The notes below the pieces were generated by a model. The model ran no database searches and had not been told where the DNA came from. It was given only the letters and a program-made list of their open reading frames with translations. Positions 28,480 to 39,182 of a DNA stretch of 64,000 nt are shown one piece after another. A program made the translations under genes and the position numbers. The first letter of the stretch is position 1; each line of letters begins with the position of its first letter. Location: sequence record SRR20825010_130. One strand, given 5' to 3'.

Positions 28480-28538
28480 TCCCCTCATCCTCGATTGCAT
28501 CGAGGATGCCGTAGAAGTCGGTTTTAAACCGTTAACTC
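28477..28538. repeat. REP-like element, copy C (best preserved)
   Basis: Perfect hairpin catcctcgat-tgc-atcgaggatg followed by GTAG-aagtcggttttaaaccg. Confidence 0.7.
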
Positions 28539-28569
28539 ACTGGGCGAATTCTAATGCTTTTAGCCCTTG

Positions 28570-30555
28570 CTAATTCCCCCCTTCCTCTTGCGCTTCTCTA
28601 AAGATTTCAAACTCTACCCTGCGGTTCACCGCGCGGTCTTCATCCGTTTTCTCTTCTTTAACAATCGGTCTTTGACTACCGTAACCAATGGCATTAATAC
28701 GCTCAGCATCTACTCCGCCATCTACGATCCAAGTTTTGATGGATTGCGCTCGTTGTTGAGAAAGCCCCAAGTTCAACAGCGCATCTCCGCTGGAATCGGT
28801 ATGGCCAGACACATTCAATTTAAATGAGGGATGATCAATTAAAAAGTCGACCACTTTCTTCAAATCACTTACCATGTTGGGAAGAATATTTGACTTCCCG
28901 TTTTCAAATTCCAGAGAAGCGAATTCAATTTTACTCGCCACGCGCTCCACAATACCTTCATATTCGGTATCGCCATCCAGGAAAAACATTTTCTCTAAAC
29001 GGAAAAAATCATCTCCTTGAATCACCACCAAGTAATTTCTTTGATTGATCAAATCGAACTCAAAAGTCCCATCTTCTCTGGCAAATTTTGGGGCCACTTC
29101 CACGCCATCGTCCAAATCAATAATCGACACCACCATGTTTTGGGGGATTTTCCCTGTCACGCTTTGTATTCGTCCCATAAATCGGGTGGTGGCCAAAGGT
29201 TGCCCACCCATGGGTAAGGGAAAAGAAAAGAGGTCTAGATTCTTCATGCTCTTTTCCTCTGAGCGCGAGTAAAAAATATCTTTCGAGGCCTTGTCAATCG
29301 TAAAGTAAAACTCCGTTCCTGGCCCGTTCACCAAAGGCCCAATATTGATCGGTTCCGAAAAGTTAACTCCCTCTTTATAGGTTTTGTAGATGTCGTAATC
29401 CCCGAAATTCAACAAGTGACCGTTGCTACTAAAGTAAAGCACATTGTGTTCTGGATGATAAAAAGGACTTACTTCGTTCTGACGCGTATTGACAACGGGT
29501 CCTAAGTTCTGAGGCTGCGTCCATTTGTTTTGCTGGTCCTTATAAGTGTAATACAAATCGGCCAAGCCAAAACCGCCTTGGCGGTCAGATGAAAAATAGA
29601 GCGTGTCTTCCGTAGGCGAAAGCGTAGGGTGCGAATCCCAACCCTTTGAATTAATCAATTCCCCCATGTTTTTGGGTTCCGTCCAAAGGCTGTCGCCTTG
29701 AAAAACGGAAGTATACAAATCGCAATTGCCATAACTATCGGGCGCAGCGCAGCGCGAGAAGAAAATGGTTTTTCCATCTTTGGTCATTGCCGCAGAACCC
29801 TCGTTGTATTTGCTATTGATGGCTTCAAAAGGCTTGGCTTCTCCCCATCCATTTCCAGTACTCTGGGTTATAAAAATATCCTCATTGCTAATTACTTTAA
29901 TGCCCTCGTTGTGTGCATTCCTTTTGGAGGTGAATAATAAAATATCATCGCCTTTGGCCACGCCTGGCGCGTAGTCCTCAAATAAAGAATTGATTTGATT
30001 GCCCATGGTGGTAAGCACCCCGCGCGGAGGAATGAGCGTGTCCACCTGTCTTCGGTATTCCACCAGCTCGTAATAGTATTCCAATGGAACATAATGCTCC
30101 CTTTTATTGGGGTTGAGGGAATCGTATCGCGCGAGCACTTCTTCAATCGGAAGTCCCCTTCTATGGTGTTTCAGCACAAGGCTATAAAGCGGCCTGGCCT
30201 GATCTATGGTTCCGAAAACCTCGGTCAGTTTCGCCAACATCCAGAGGTAATAAGTTTGATAAGCGAAGTTCTGAATACCAAAATTGGACACATACTCCCT
30301 CAGTTCAGGGTACAGTTCCTTCCAGTTCTCCTCCCTATCCAGTTTATCAATTCTTTTAAGCTGCTTATCGTTGGTGTAAAGCCCAACCTTGTTTATATTT
30401 CTGAAAATGATGTCTGTAACTTCAACCGATACCGAATCAGAATTCAATTCTAAAAGCTCAGTTTTCTTGTTGTCTTTCTTCTTTTTGAAAAACTGCCCAT
30501 GTACTGTAGAACTACAGCACAACAGTACGACCGCAATGAGGAATATCGGTCTCAT
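28570..30555 (-). CDS. OmpA-family protein with PD40 beta-propeller repeats
   Basis: Signal peptide from ATG 30555, PD40 repeats (LYFSSDR, LYFSSNG), GHTDS..LSQQRA..NRRVEF. Confidence 0.9.
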   Translation of the reverse strand: MRPIFLIAVVLLCCSSTVHGQFFKKKKDNKKTELLELNSDSVSVEVTDIIFRNINKVGLYTNDKQLKRIDKLDREENWKELYPELREYVSNFGIQNFAYQTYYLWMLAKLTEVFGTIDQARPLYSLVLKHHRRGLPIEEVLARYDSLNPNKREHYVPLEYYYELVEYRRQVDTLIPPRGVLTTMGNQINSLFEDYAPGVAKGDDILLFTSKRNAHNEGIKVISNEDIFITQSTGNGWGEAKPFEAINSKYNEGSAAMTKDGKTIFFSRCAAPDSYGNCDLYTSVFQGDSLWTEPKNMGELINSKGWDSHPTLSPTEDTLYFSSDRQGGFGLADLYYTYKDQQNKWTQPQNLGPVVNTRQNEVSPFYHPEHNVLYFSSNGHLLNFGDYDIYKTYKEGVNFSEPINIGPLVNGPGTEFYFTIDKASKDIFYSRSEEKSMKNLDLFSFPLPMGGQPLATTRFMGRIQSVTGKIPQNMVVSIIDLDDGVEVAPKFAREDGTFEFDLINQRNYLVVIQGDDFFRLEKMFFLDGDTEYEGIVERVASKIEFASLEFENGKSNILPNMVSDLKKVVDFLIDHPSFKLNVSGHTDSSGDALLNLGLSQQRAQSIKTWIVDGGVDAERINAIGYGSQRPIVKEEKTDEDRAVNRRVEFEIFREAQEEGGN

Positions 30556-30722
30556 CTTTTTCAAGTGTTTTTTTGTCCTTTTTGGCAAAAGATGTACCAA
30601 AGAACGTGTATTTCGCCACAATTAAAAAACCGTTCATGACACTTTGCTGTTTGGCACACGGCTTGCAATTTAGGACGTCCAAATTTATTTAAGCACAAAC
30701 GTGTCATTCTGGCACTTTATAT

Positions 30723-33188
30723 ATGAAAATTAACAACCAAATGTTCGGATCCATGATGGCTAGCGATATCGATGACGATGAAGCTGGAGATCTTATTCAG
30801 GTAATTGGCGGTGAGGATGACGAGGAGTTAAACGAAGCCAACCAACCCGATGAATTACCGATTTTGGCAGTACGTAATACAGTATTATTTCCTGGGGTGC
30901 TGATCCCCATCACTGTAGGTCGCCAAAAATCCATCAAAGTGGTGAAGAATGCATATAAGGGAAACCGTCTTGTTGGGGTACTTGCCCAAGAAAACCCAAA
31001 GGTAGACGACCCTACACAAAAGGATCTTTTCAGGGTAGGAACAGTCGCCAAGATTGTGAAAATGTTGGTGTTGCCTGACGGAAATACCACCATTATCATT
31101 CAAGGGAAAAGCAGGTTCGAAGTAGAGGAATATACTTCCGATGCGCCTTACATGAAGGCCAAGGTGAAGTATTTGTCTGAGAACTTCCCAAAAAGACTGA
31201 GCAAGGAAGTAAAAGCACTGCTACAATCTGTGAGGGATGCGGCCAATAAGATTATGTCGCTCAATCCTGAAATTCCGAAAGAGGCACAAGTGGCCTTGGA
31301 CAACATAGATAAAACCAGTTTCTTGATTCATTTCCTTTGCAGCAACATTAATACGGAGGCCAAGGAAAAACAGAAACTTTTAGAAATCAACGATGGCGTT
31401 GAAAGGGCTACGGCTTTGCTTCAATACATGTTGAAAGAAGTGCAGTTGCTTGAACTAAAGCATGAAATACATAGCCGTGTGCATTCTGACATCGATCAGC
31501 AGCAGCGCGATTATTTCTTGCGTCAGCAAATGAAAGTATTGCAAGACGAACTGGGAGAAGATGGCCCAGAGCGTGAAGTGGAAGCACTTAGAAAAAAAGG
31601 AGAAAGCAAAAACTGGCCTGAAAAAGTCGGTACGCACTTTAACAAAGAGCTGGATAAAATCCTTCGGATGAACCCAATGGCAGCGGAATATCCGATTACC
31701 ATGAACTATGCCGAATTGATGACTGATCTGCCTTGGGGCGACTATTCTAAGGATAACTTAGACCTTAAGCGCGCAAAGAAAATTCTAGACAAAGATCACT
31801 TTGGTTTAGAAAAAGTAAAGGATAGAATTCTTGAATACTTGGCTGTTCTTAAGTTGAAAAACGACTTGAAAGGCCCAATACTTTGTTTGTATGGCCCTCC
31901 AGGAGTGGGTAAAACATCTCTAGGAAAAAGTATAGCCAAAGCCTTGAACCGCCAGTATGTCAGAATGTCTTTGGGTGGAATTCATGACGAAGCCGAAATT
32001 CGTGGACACCGTAAAACCTATGTGGGTGCCATGCCGGGCAAGGTGATCCAAAACATTAAGAAATCGAAAACTTCGAACCCAGTATTTGTACTGGACGAAA
32101 TTGATAAGGTAAACTCTAACTTCCGTGGTGATCCATCTTCCGCTTTGTTGGAAGTGCTTGACCCAGAGCAAAACGCAGAGTTTACTGACAATTACTTAGA
32201 GGTTGAATACGATCTTTCAAAGGTGTTATTTGTAGCGACAGCCAATTCATTGGATACCATTCAGCCAGCATTGCGCGACAGAATGGAAATCATTGAAGTG
32301 TCGGGTTACACGGTAGAAGAGAAAATGGAAATTGCCAAAAGGCACCTCGTTCCGAAGCAAAAAGAAGAACATGGCTTGAAGTCTACTGACTTGGTTTTCG
32401 ATAAAAAGACGATTCAGAAAATAGTGGATGAATACACACGTGAATCGGGAGTTCGGAACTTGGAAAGGAAGATTGGTTCTGTAGTACGAAGTGTTGCTAA
32501 ATCAATCGCTTTAGAAGAAGAGTATCCTAAAAAGGTGACCGCTGAGTTTATTGAAAAGGTGCTTGGCGGCCCAGTTTTCGACAAGGAAACTTACGATAAT
32601 AACGACCTAGCTGGCGTGGTCACCGGCTTGGCTTGGACCTCTGTTGGTGGTGAGATTCTTTTCATTGAAACCAATTTGAGCCGAGGAAAAGGCAAGTTGA
32701 CACTTTCTGGCCAGTTGGGAGATGTAATGAAAGAATCAGCAATGGCTGCCCTTTCTTACTTGAAATCAGAAGCGCATAAGTACGATATCGATTACCGAGT
32801 TTTCGATAAATACGATTTACATATTCACGTGCCTGCAGGTGCGGTGCCGAAGGATGGTCCTTCTGCGGGTATCACCATGCTCACTGCCATTACTTCGGTT
32901 TTTACACAGCGTAAAGTGAAGAACAAACTGGCTATGACAGGCGAAATTACTTTGCGTGGTAGGGTGTTGCCTGTGGGTGGAATCAAGGAGAAAATCCTTG
33001 CTGCGCGAAGGGCTGGAATCAAAGAATTGATCTTGAGTAAGAAGAATGAAAAAGACATTCTAGAAATTGACGAACGATACACCAAAGGCCTCACTGTTCA
33101 CTATGTTGAAACAGCTGAGGAGGTATTGGCAATGGCATTGATGAAGCAAAAAGTGAGCGATGCCATTGAATTAGTAGTAGAAGACTAA
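30723..33188 (+). CDS. lon: ATP-dependent Lon protease
   Basis: GPPGVGKTS, PKDGPSAG catalytic motif. Confidence 0.98.
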   Translation: MKINNQMFGSMMASDIDDDEAGDLIQVIGGEDDEELNEANQPDELPILAVRNTVLFPGVLIPITVGRQKSIKVVKNAYKGNRLVGVLAQENPKVDDPTQKDLFRVGTVAKIVKMLVLPDGNTTIIIQGKSRFEVEEYTSDAPYMKAKVKYLSENFPKRLSKEVKALLQSVRDAANKIMSLNPEIPKEAQVALDNIDKTSFLIHFLCSNINTEAKEKQKLLEINDGVERATALLQYMLKEVQLLELKHEIHSRVHSDIDQQQRDYFLRQQMKVLQDELGEDGPEREVEALRKKGESKNWPEKVGTHFNKELDKILRMNPMAAEYPITMNYAELMTDLPWGDYSKDNLDLKRAKKILDKDHFGLEKVKDRILEYLAVLKLKNDLKGPILCLYGPPGVGKTSLGKSIAKALNRQYVRMSLGGIHDEAEIRGHRKTYVGAMPGKVIQNIKKSKTSNPVFVLDEIDKVNSNFRGDPSSALLEVLDPEQNAEFTDNYLEVEYDLSKVLFVATANSLDTIQPALRDRMEIIEVSGYTVEEKMEIAKRHLVPKQKEEHGLKSTDLVFDKKTIQKIVDEYTRESGVRNLERKIGSVVRSVAKSIALEEEYPKKVTAEFIEKVLGGPVFDKETYDNNDLAGVVTGLAWTSVGGEILFIETNLSRGKGKLTLSGQLGDVMKESAMAALSYLKSEAHKYDIDYRVFDKYDLHIHVPAGAVPKDGPSAGITMLTAITSVFTQRKVKNKLAMTGEITLRGRVLPVGGIKEKILAARRAGIKELILSKKNEKDILEIDERYTKGLTVHYVETAEEVLAMALMKQKVSDAIELVVED

Positions 33189-33246
33189 AATTCAAACTAT
33201 TTTCAAGGGAAGAACTAGATTTCTTCCCTATTTAAATTCCAGAGTA

Positions 33247-34278
33247 TTGAAGCAAACCGTCCGTCTTGTTTTGGTTGTTGGGCTTTTCTTCCCTCAACTT
33301 CTCAGTGCCCAATTGGGCGGTCAGCGGGCTTTTGAATTCTTAAACCTACCCAACAGTGCTCGGCAAGCGGCTTTGGGTGGAGTGAACCTTACTTCGGGTT
33401 GGAAAGACCCTGGAATGTTGGCTTCAAACCCTTCTCTACTCAACAGCGAATGGCATAATCAACTGGTGATTGATAGGCTCGGTTACTTTGCCGATATCGG
33501 CCAAACATCCGTTACCTATGCCCGCGAAATTGAAAAAGCTGGAACTTGGGCAGCCAACCTTACTTACCTGAATTATGGCACTATTGAAAGCTATGATGAA
33601 AACGGTTTTCTGAATGGCGATTTTAGCGCTTCAGAATTCGTTTTTGGTTTAAGTCATTCCATGGCCTTTGGCCCTTTTCAGGCGGGATCGACATTGAAAA
33701 TAGTGGCTTCTGATTTAGGTTCATATAAGGCTTCTGCATTGCTAATGGATTTTGGAGGCACCTTCAAGCATCCAGAAAAAGACTTTACCGTTGGTTTAGT
33801 CGTAAAGAATCTAGGTGTGCTATTGAGCGACTATACCGAAGACAATCAAAGCCAATTGCCATTAGATATTCAATTGGGTACAACCTACAAACCAGAGTTT
33901 ATGCCCTTTCGGTTTTCGCTTACAGCTAGAAATTTAAATCGATCAGATGTGGTTTTTTTCGACCCAAAAGGAAATACACTCGTTGGAGCTACAGAAAAGG
34001 AACCGGGTTTTAGTGAAGAGGTGTTCCGAAGATTGGTTTTTGGAACAGAATTATTGCTGAGCGACAATTTTCAATTGCGCTTTGGCTACAATCATTTGTT
34101 GAGAAAAGAGCTCAAGCAAGCAGCCACATCGGGAGGCGCAGGCTTTTCGTTTGGACTGATGTTTAAAGTAAAAAGATTTGAATTTTCATATGCCAGAGCA
34201 CTTTATCACTCGGCAGGAGGAAGCAATAGTATACAATTGACCACCAATTTGAGTGGAATCGTAAAGAAAAAGAACTGA
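33247..34278 (+). CDS. porQ: Type IX secretion system outer-membrane protein PorQ
   Basis: FEFLNLPNSARQAALGG N-terminus, LRFGYNHLLRKEL, beta-barrel character. Confidence 0.8.
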   Translation: MKQTVRLVLVVGLFFPQLLSAQLGGQRAFEFLNLPNSARQAALGGVNLTSGWKDPGMLASNPSLLNSEWHNQLVIDRLGYFADIGQTSVTYAREIEKAGTWAANLTYLNYGTIESYDENGFLNGDFSASEFVFGLSHSMAFGPFQAGSTLKIVASDLGSYKASALLMDFGGTFKHPEKDFTVGLVVKNLGVLLSDYTEDNQSQLPLDIQLGTTYKPEFMPFRFSLTARNLNRSDVVFFDPKGNTLVGATEKEPGFSEEVFRRLVFGTELLLSDNFQLRFGYNHLLRKELKQAATSGGAGFSFGLMFKVKRFEFSYARALYHSAGGSNSIQLTTNLSGIVKKKN

Positions 34279-34279
34279 A

Positions 34280-35671
34280 ATGTTAGACGAAAGATATTTA
34301 ACCCCAAGGCAAATTGTTGCTGAACTAGATAAATACATTATTGGCCAAGCGGACGCTAAGAAAAACGTGGCTATTGCGTTGCGAAATCGCTGGAGAAGGA
34401 TGCACGTAAAGCCAGAAATGCAGCAAGAAATTGCTCCAAATAATATTCTTATGATTGGCGCAACAGGCGTGGGTAAAACAGAAATTGCCCGAAGACTGGC
34501 CAAAATTGCCGATGCTCCTTTTACCAAAGTAGAAGCTTCTAAATTTACGGAAGTAGGTTACGTAGGCCGCGATGTGGAAAGCATGGTGCGCGACTTGGTA
34601 GAGCAATCTGTGAACTTAGTGCGCCAATCTAAAAAAGAAGAAGTAAAAGGCAGGGCCGAACAAGCCGTTGAAGATGTGATTTTGGACGCGCTTATTCCCC
34701 CAATAAAAAACAATCGTCCTTCAGCCACTGTGGTTGAAAACGGAGAAGACTCCGAAAAAATGTCGGATGCGGAATTGAACGAAAGGACTCGTGAGCGTTT
34801 CCGTGAGAAAATCCGCTCTGGCGAAATTGACGACCGTAAAATAGAAATCAGTGTTACTTCTTCTGGCGGTGGCATGGGCATGGTTGGCGGTGGCATGGAC
34901 GAAGTTTCCATGATGAACCTTCAGGACATGCTGAGCAATGTAATGCCGAAGAAATCGAAAAAGCGCAAGGTGACCATTGGTGAAGCTAAAAAACTGCTTC
35001 TAGATGAAGAAAGTGCCAAGCTGATCGATATGGATGAAGTGAAAGAAGAAGCTATTCGCAAAGCGGAAAACACGGGCATTATCTTTATTGATGAGATTGA
35101 TAAAGTAGCTGGCAGTTCTAAAAAAGGCGGTGGCGGAGGTCCCGATGTAAGTCGCGAGGGTGTACAGCGAGACCTTTTACCAATTGTGGAAGGAAGTTCT
35201 GTAAGCACCAAGCACGGCATTATCAATACCGACCATATTTTATTTATCGCTGCTGGGGCATTTCATGTGGCCAAGCCATCCGATTTAATTCCTGAGTTGC
35301 AAGGGCGTTTCCCCATCCGTGTGGAGTTGAATAGCCTTACGCGTGATGATTTCTATAGAATTTTGAAAGAGCCAAAAAATGCGCTGACCAAACAATACGA
35401 AGCTTTGATGAATTCTGAAGATGTGTCTTTAGAATATACGGATGAGTCCTTAATGGAATTGGCAGACATTGCTTTTAAGGTTAACGAGGAAGTAGAAAAC
35501 ATTGGCGCCAGACGTTTGTACACGGTAATGAGCAAATTACTTAATGATATCCTTTTCGATATTCCTGAGAAAATTCCGAACAATGCCAAAGTGATAGTGA
35601 CTAAAGAATTGGTGCAAGAAAGACTTTCGGGCTTGGTACAAAGCAAAGACTTGAGCGAGTTTATGCTCTAA
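34280..35671 (+). CDS. hslU: ATP-dependent protease ATPase subunit HslU
   Basis: LTPRQIVAELDKYIIGQ, GATGVGKT, GVQRDLLP, ENIGARRL. Confidence 0.97.
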   Translation: MLDERYLTPRQIVAELDKYIIGQADAKKNVAIALRNRWRRMHVKPEMQQEIAPNNILMIGATGVGKTEIARRLAKIADAPFTKVEASKFTEVGYVGRDVESMVRDLVEQSVNLVRQSKKEEVKGRAEQAVEDVILDALIPPIKNNRPSATVVENGEDSEKMSDAELNERTRERFREKIRSGEIDDRKIEISVTSSGGGMGMVGGGMDEVSMMNLQDMLSNVMPKKSKKRKVTIGEAKKLLLDEESAKLIDMDEVKEEAIRKAENTGIIFIDEIDKVAGSSKKGGGGGPDVSREGVQRDLLPIVEGSSVSTKHGIINTDHILFIAAGAFHVAKPSDLIPELQGRFPIRVELNSLTRDDFYRILKEPKNALTKQYEALMNSEDVSLEYTDESLMELADIAFKVNEEVENIGARRLYTVMSKLLNDILFDIPEKIPNNAKVIVTKELVQERLSGLVQSKDLSEFML

Positions 35672-35710
35672 CTCATTTTGAATTACTAATTTCGCCCAAA
35701 ATAGAAGCAC

Positions 35711-37042
35711 ATGAAACTCTGGCAAAAGGAAACCCGCGTATCTGAAATTGTTGAACGATTTACCATTGGTCGCGACCTAGAGTTTGATATACATTTAGCA
35801 CCCTATGACGTATTGGGTTCTTTGGCCCATACCGAAATGTTGGCCAGCATTGGCTTGCTTACTCAAGAGGAAAAGGAGGCCATTCATGTGGAGCTGAAAA
35901 ACATTTTCAAGTCCATTCAAGCGGGAGAGTTCTCGATTGAAGAAGGGGTGGAAGACATTCATTCTCAAGTGGAATTTATCCTTACAGAACGACTGGGCGA
36001 TGTAGGCAAGAAAATCCATAGCGGTCGTTCGCGCAATGACCAAGTTTTGGTGGACATGAAGCTTTTCATGCGTTCCGAAATCAAGAATTTGGTGGAGGGT
36101 ACCAATAAGCTTTTTGATCGCTTAATGAATTTAAGCGACCAGCACAAAAACACCCTAATGCCGGGTTATACGCATATGCAAGTGGCCATGCCCTCCTCTT
36201 TCGGACTTTGGTTTGGTGCTTATGCCGAAAGCTTGGTGGACGACCTGTACACTTTGGAAGCGGCTTATAAAGTGGTCAATAAAAACCCGCTGGGTTCTGG
36301 TGCTGGCTTTGGTTCTTCTTTCCCTATAAATAGAAAAATGACTACGGAGCTTTTGGGCTTCGAAGACCTAAATTATAACGTGGTGTATGCCATGATGGGC
36401 CGAGGCAAGGCCGAACGTTCATTGGCGACTGGAATGGCAGCTGTGGCGGCTACTTTGGGCAAATTCGCCATGGATGTGTGTCTTTATATGGGCTCCGATT
36501 TTGGCTTTATCGGTTTCCCCGATGAACTGACCACGGGCTCCAGCATTATGCCGCATAAAAAGAACCCTGACGTTTTCGAACTAATGCGTGGCAAATGCAA
36601 TAAGCTACAAGCTGCGCCAAATGATATCGCCATGATGACTACCAATTTGCCAGTGGGTTATCACCGCGAAATGCAGTTGATCAAAGAGATCATTTTCCCT
36701 GTCATACAAGATTTAAAAGATTGTCTTTTCATGGCTGATTTTATGTTGGAGAAAATCACGATTAATGACCAACTCGTTCAGCAAGACAAATACAATTACC
36801 TGTTCACGGTAGAAGAAGTAAATCGCTTAGTACTTTCTGGAGTTCCGTTCAGAGATGCTTATAAGCAAGTAGGCATGGCCATTGAGCGAGGCGAGTTTAA
36901 GCCCGAACGCAGCGTGAACCATTCACACGAAGGCAGTATTGGCCAATTGAATCATGCAGAGATCAAAGCCATGATGAACAAAGCCACCGCCAACTTTAAC
37001 TTCCCTAAATGGGAAAAGGCTTTTGAGGGGTTGGTAGGTTAA
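35711..37042 (+). CDS. argH: Argininosuccinate lyase
   Basis: HSGRSRNDQ, GSSIMPHKKNPD. Confidence 0.96.
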   Translation: MKLWQKETRVSEIVERFTIGRDLEFDIHLAPYDVLGSLAHTEMLASIGLLTQEEKEAIHVELKNIFKSIQAGEFSIEEGVEDIHSQVEFILTERLGDVGKKIHSGRSRNDQVLVDMKLFMRSEIKNLVEGTNKLFDRLMNLSDQHKNTLMPGYTHMQVAMPSSFGLWFGAYAESLVDDLYTLEAAYKVVNKNPLGSGAGFGSSFPINRKMTTELLGFEDLNYNVVYAMMGRGKAERSLATGMAAVAATLGKFAMDVCLYMGSDFGFIGFPDELTTGSSIMPHKKNPDVFELMRGKCNKLQAAPNDIAMMTTNLPVGYHREMQLIKEIIFPVIQDLKDCLFMADFMLEKITINDQLVQQDKYNYLFTVEEVNRLVLSGVPFRDAYKQVGMAIERGEFKPERSVNHSHEGSIGQLNHAEIKAMMNKATANFNFPKWEKAFEGLVG

Positions 37043-37076
37043 AATAGTTTAGGGTTTAAAGTTCAAGTAGATACTC

Positions 37077-37410
37077 TCAACTTAGTCGTTCAAGTTGATA
37101 AACTAGTTCATCAATGTCATCTTGGATAATTGACCAGACTATTTCTAAATCAATACCAAAATAGTCGTGCACAATCCGATTTCTAAAACCACGCATTTTC
37201 GTCCACTCAATTTGCGGATTTAATGATTTAAAGTCGTCTTCAATTCTATTTGCCGCCTCACCTATGATTTCATAAATTCCGAATTACAGCATCAACTGTT
37301 TTGTCATCTGCGCCAAATTGATCAAAGCTCAATCCCTCTGTATACTTAATGATTTTCATTGCTGATTCCAGCATGTCTTGAATAAGAGCTGAGTTGTCCC
37401 GCTTAGACAT
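37077..37410 (-). pseudogene. HepT/DUF86 HEPN toxin, frameshifted
   Basis: MSKRDNSALIQDML..DAVIRN then a +1 shift (aatttatgaa) to EIIGEAANRI..FRNRIVHDYFG; span is 334 nt = 3n+1. Confidence 0.8.
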
Positions 37411-37693
37411 AAATCAAGTCGGGTTTTATCTTCTGAAAGTAGCGATCTTTTATTCCTTTTCTGGAAACAAGATCTACTTTGAAGCCTAAATAACTCTCTA
37501 GCTCTTCTGCTAAGAGAATAAAATCAGAACCGATTTTATCATTGAATTCTACGACCAGATCGAGGTCGCTATGATCATTTTGTTCATTTCGAGCGAAAGA
37601 ACCAAAAATGGCCAAGGACTGAATAGGATACTTTTTGAAAAGAAAAGTCTTTCTTTCCGCTAAGGCTGCCTTTATTTCAGTCAAGGATTTCAT
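37403..37693 (-). CDS. Minimal nucleotidyltransferase (MNT) antitoxin
   Basis: IFGSFARNEQNDHSDLDLVV, KVDLVS. Confidence 0.9.
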   Translation of the reverse strand: MKSLTEIKAALAERKTFLFKKYPIQSLAIFGSFARNEQNDHSDLDLVVEFNDKIGSDFILLAEELESYLGFKVDLVSRKGIKDRYFQKIKPDLIYV

Positions 37694-37742
37694 ATTTCAA
37701 ATATATTGATTCCTTGGGACATATTGAATTGGAAAAATACCC

Positions 37743-39017
37743 TTACTCGCTTACTTCAAACAAATCTGTGCTAGGCCAAGTTTTGATTTGCTTGAAAGAT
37801 TCGCGCATGGCCCAACGGCTGGTGCTCCAAAAGCTCCCTCTGCGCGGTGTGGTATTTGAGATCACCACCCATGAAACTCCATTCAAGTCGCGGGTAAGTA
37901 AGGCTGAGGTGCCTGAAAGTGTGCCGGTTCGCCACCAGTGCTCACCACTTACACTACGCCAGCCCAATGGCTGATTTACGCCTCCAACTCCCTTGATCAT
38001 TTTGTCCATGGAGTCTTTGCTTAAAATATCTTTGTAACGTTTAGAATAGCCATCTACCATTACGAGCAAGCGCATCATATCTATGGAGTTGGACACCCAT
38101 CCACCAGCAGGAGCAAGCATTTTCACATCATCTGCACCATAGGGCTTGTCTACCATTTTTCCAGAACCGTTATAGGCCAATTGCTTATTGTCGGGACTGT
38201 AGTCGTAGTATTTTACCTCATTCTTGAGTCTGTCGCTTTCGAAATTACCAGCAACCTTCATATGAGTAATTCCATTGGGTTTCAGAATATTTTTCTGAAC
38301 CCAGCCTTCATAGCTTTCACCCGTTTTTTCTTCTATAATTCTACCTAGCAAACTGTAACCGAAATTGGAATAATTGTAATGCGTACCGGGCGTATAAGGT
38401 AAATGACGGGTAATTACGAAGTGAATTACGTCATCAAAATCTATTGGGTAGGCCGCCTTATCCATTTTATGAATTTTGGCAGGAATAAACATAGGGTCAC
38501 CATAGGTAATCAAACTCCAACCAGCAGTATGGTTAAGCAAGTGTTTGACCTTTATTTTATAAACATTGCGGTTAGTAATTCCTTTGTATTTGGCTCCTTT
38601 CAGAATGCCGTTATCACCAAAAACGAAATCGTCTAAGCCAATTTTTCCATCATCTACCATTTTTAAAATGGCCGTAGCGGTCACCAATTTTGAAACACTT
38701 CCAATTCGAAACAGATGAGAAGGTTCAACGGGAATTTTATTGTCTTTGTCGGCATAGCCAAAACCCTTGGCATACACTAGTTTTTCGTTTTTGACTACCG
38801 CTACTGTAGCTCCAGTTAATTTAAGGCTGGCCAATAGTCCCTCAGCCATTTTATCTATTGGCGCTAAAGCAGGGTTATCAGAATCTTTATTGGTGAGTGC
38901 TCGCTTTGCCGGCTTATTTTCGGTTGAGATTTTGGGTTCTGAGGGAGACAGTGACAGCAAGGATACGAGAATACCCATGGTAAGAACAACCAAAATCACT
39001 TTGCCTTTATACTGCAT
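37743..39017 (-). CDS. Serine hydrolase (beta-lactamase/PBP-like family)
   Basis: FRIGSVSK (SxxK), LLNHTAG, YSNFGY. Confidence 0.9.
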   Translation of the reverse strand: MQYKGKVILVVLTMGILVSLLSLSPSEPKISTENKPAKRALTNKDSDNPALAPIDKMAEGLLASLKLTGATVAVVKNEKLVYAKGFGYADKDNKIPVEPSHLFRIGSVSKLVTATAILKMVDDGKIGLDDFVFGDNGILKGAKYKGITNRNVYKIKVKHLLNHTAGWSLITYGDPMFIPAKIHKMDKAAYPIDFDDVIHFVITRHLPYTPGTHYNYSNFGYSLLGRIIEEKTGESYEGWVQKNILKPNGITHMKVAGNFESDRLKNEVKYYDYSPDNKQLAYNGSGKMVDKPYGADDVKMLAPAGGWVSNSIDMMRLLVMVDGYSKRYKDILSKDSMDKMIKGVGGVNQPLGWRSVSGEHWWRTGTLSGTSALLTRDLNGVSWVVISNTTPRRGSFWSTSRWAMRESFKQIKTWPSTDLFEVSE

Positions 39018-39182
39018 ATATTAAGTAACGACCCTTTACGAAAAGCAATTATAAGAAAACTAAGGTTAAACGTAAAGGCCAATAGACAGTCTCTTTCAGT
39101 TAATCTAAAATGAGCCTCTTTTTTACGCTAATAATCGTATTCTCAGACGGTTTTAGAGGCTTGGGGTTTAATTTAGGAGTAG

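Noticed and set aside
28307-28573. 88-aa ORF from the track
   Set aside because: Off-frame shadow across the rhuM fragment and repeat copy C
34280-35671. hslU without adjacent hslV; GGC/GGT-rich repeats
   Set aside because: hslV may simply lie elsewhere in the genome, and the repeats encode Gly-rich linkers
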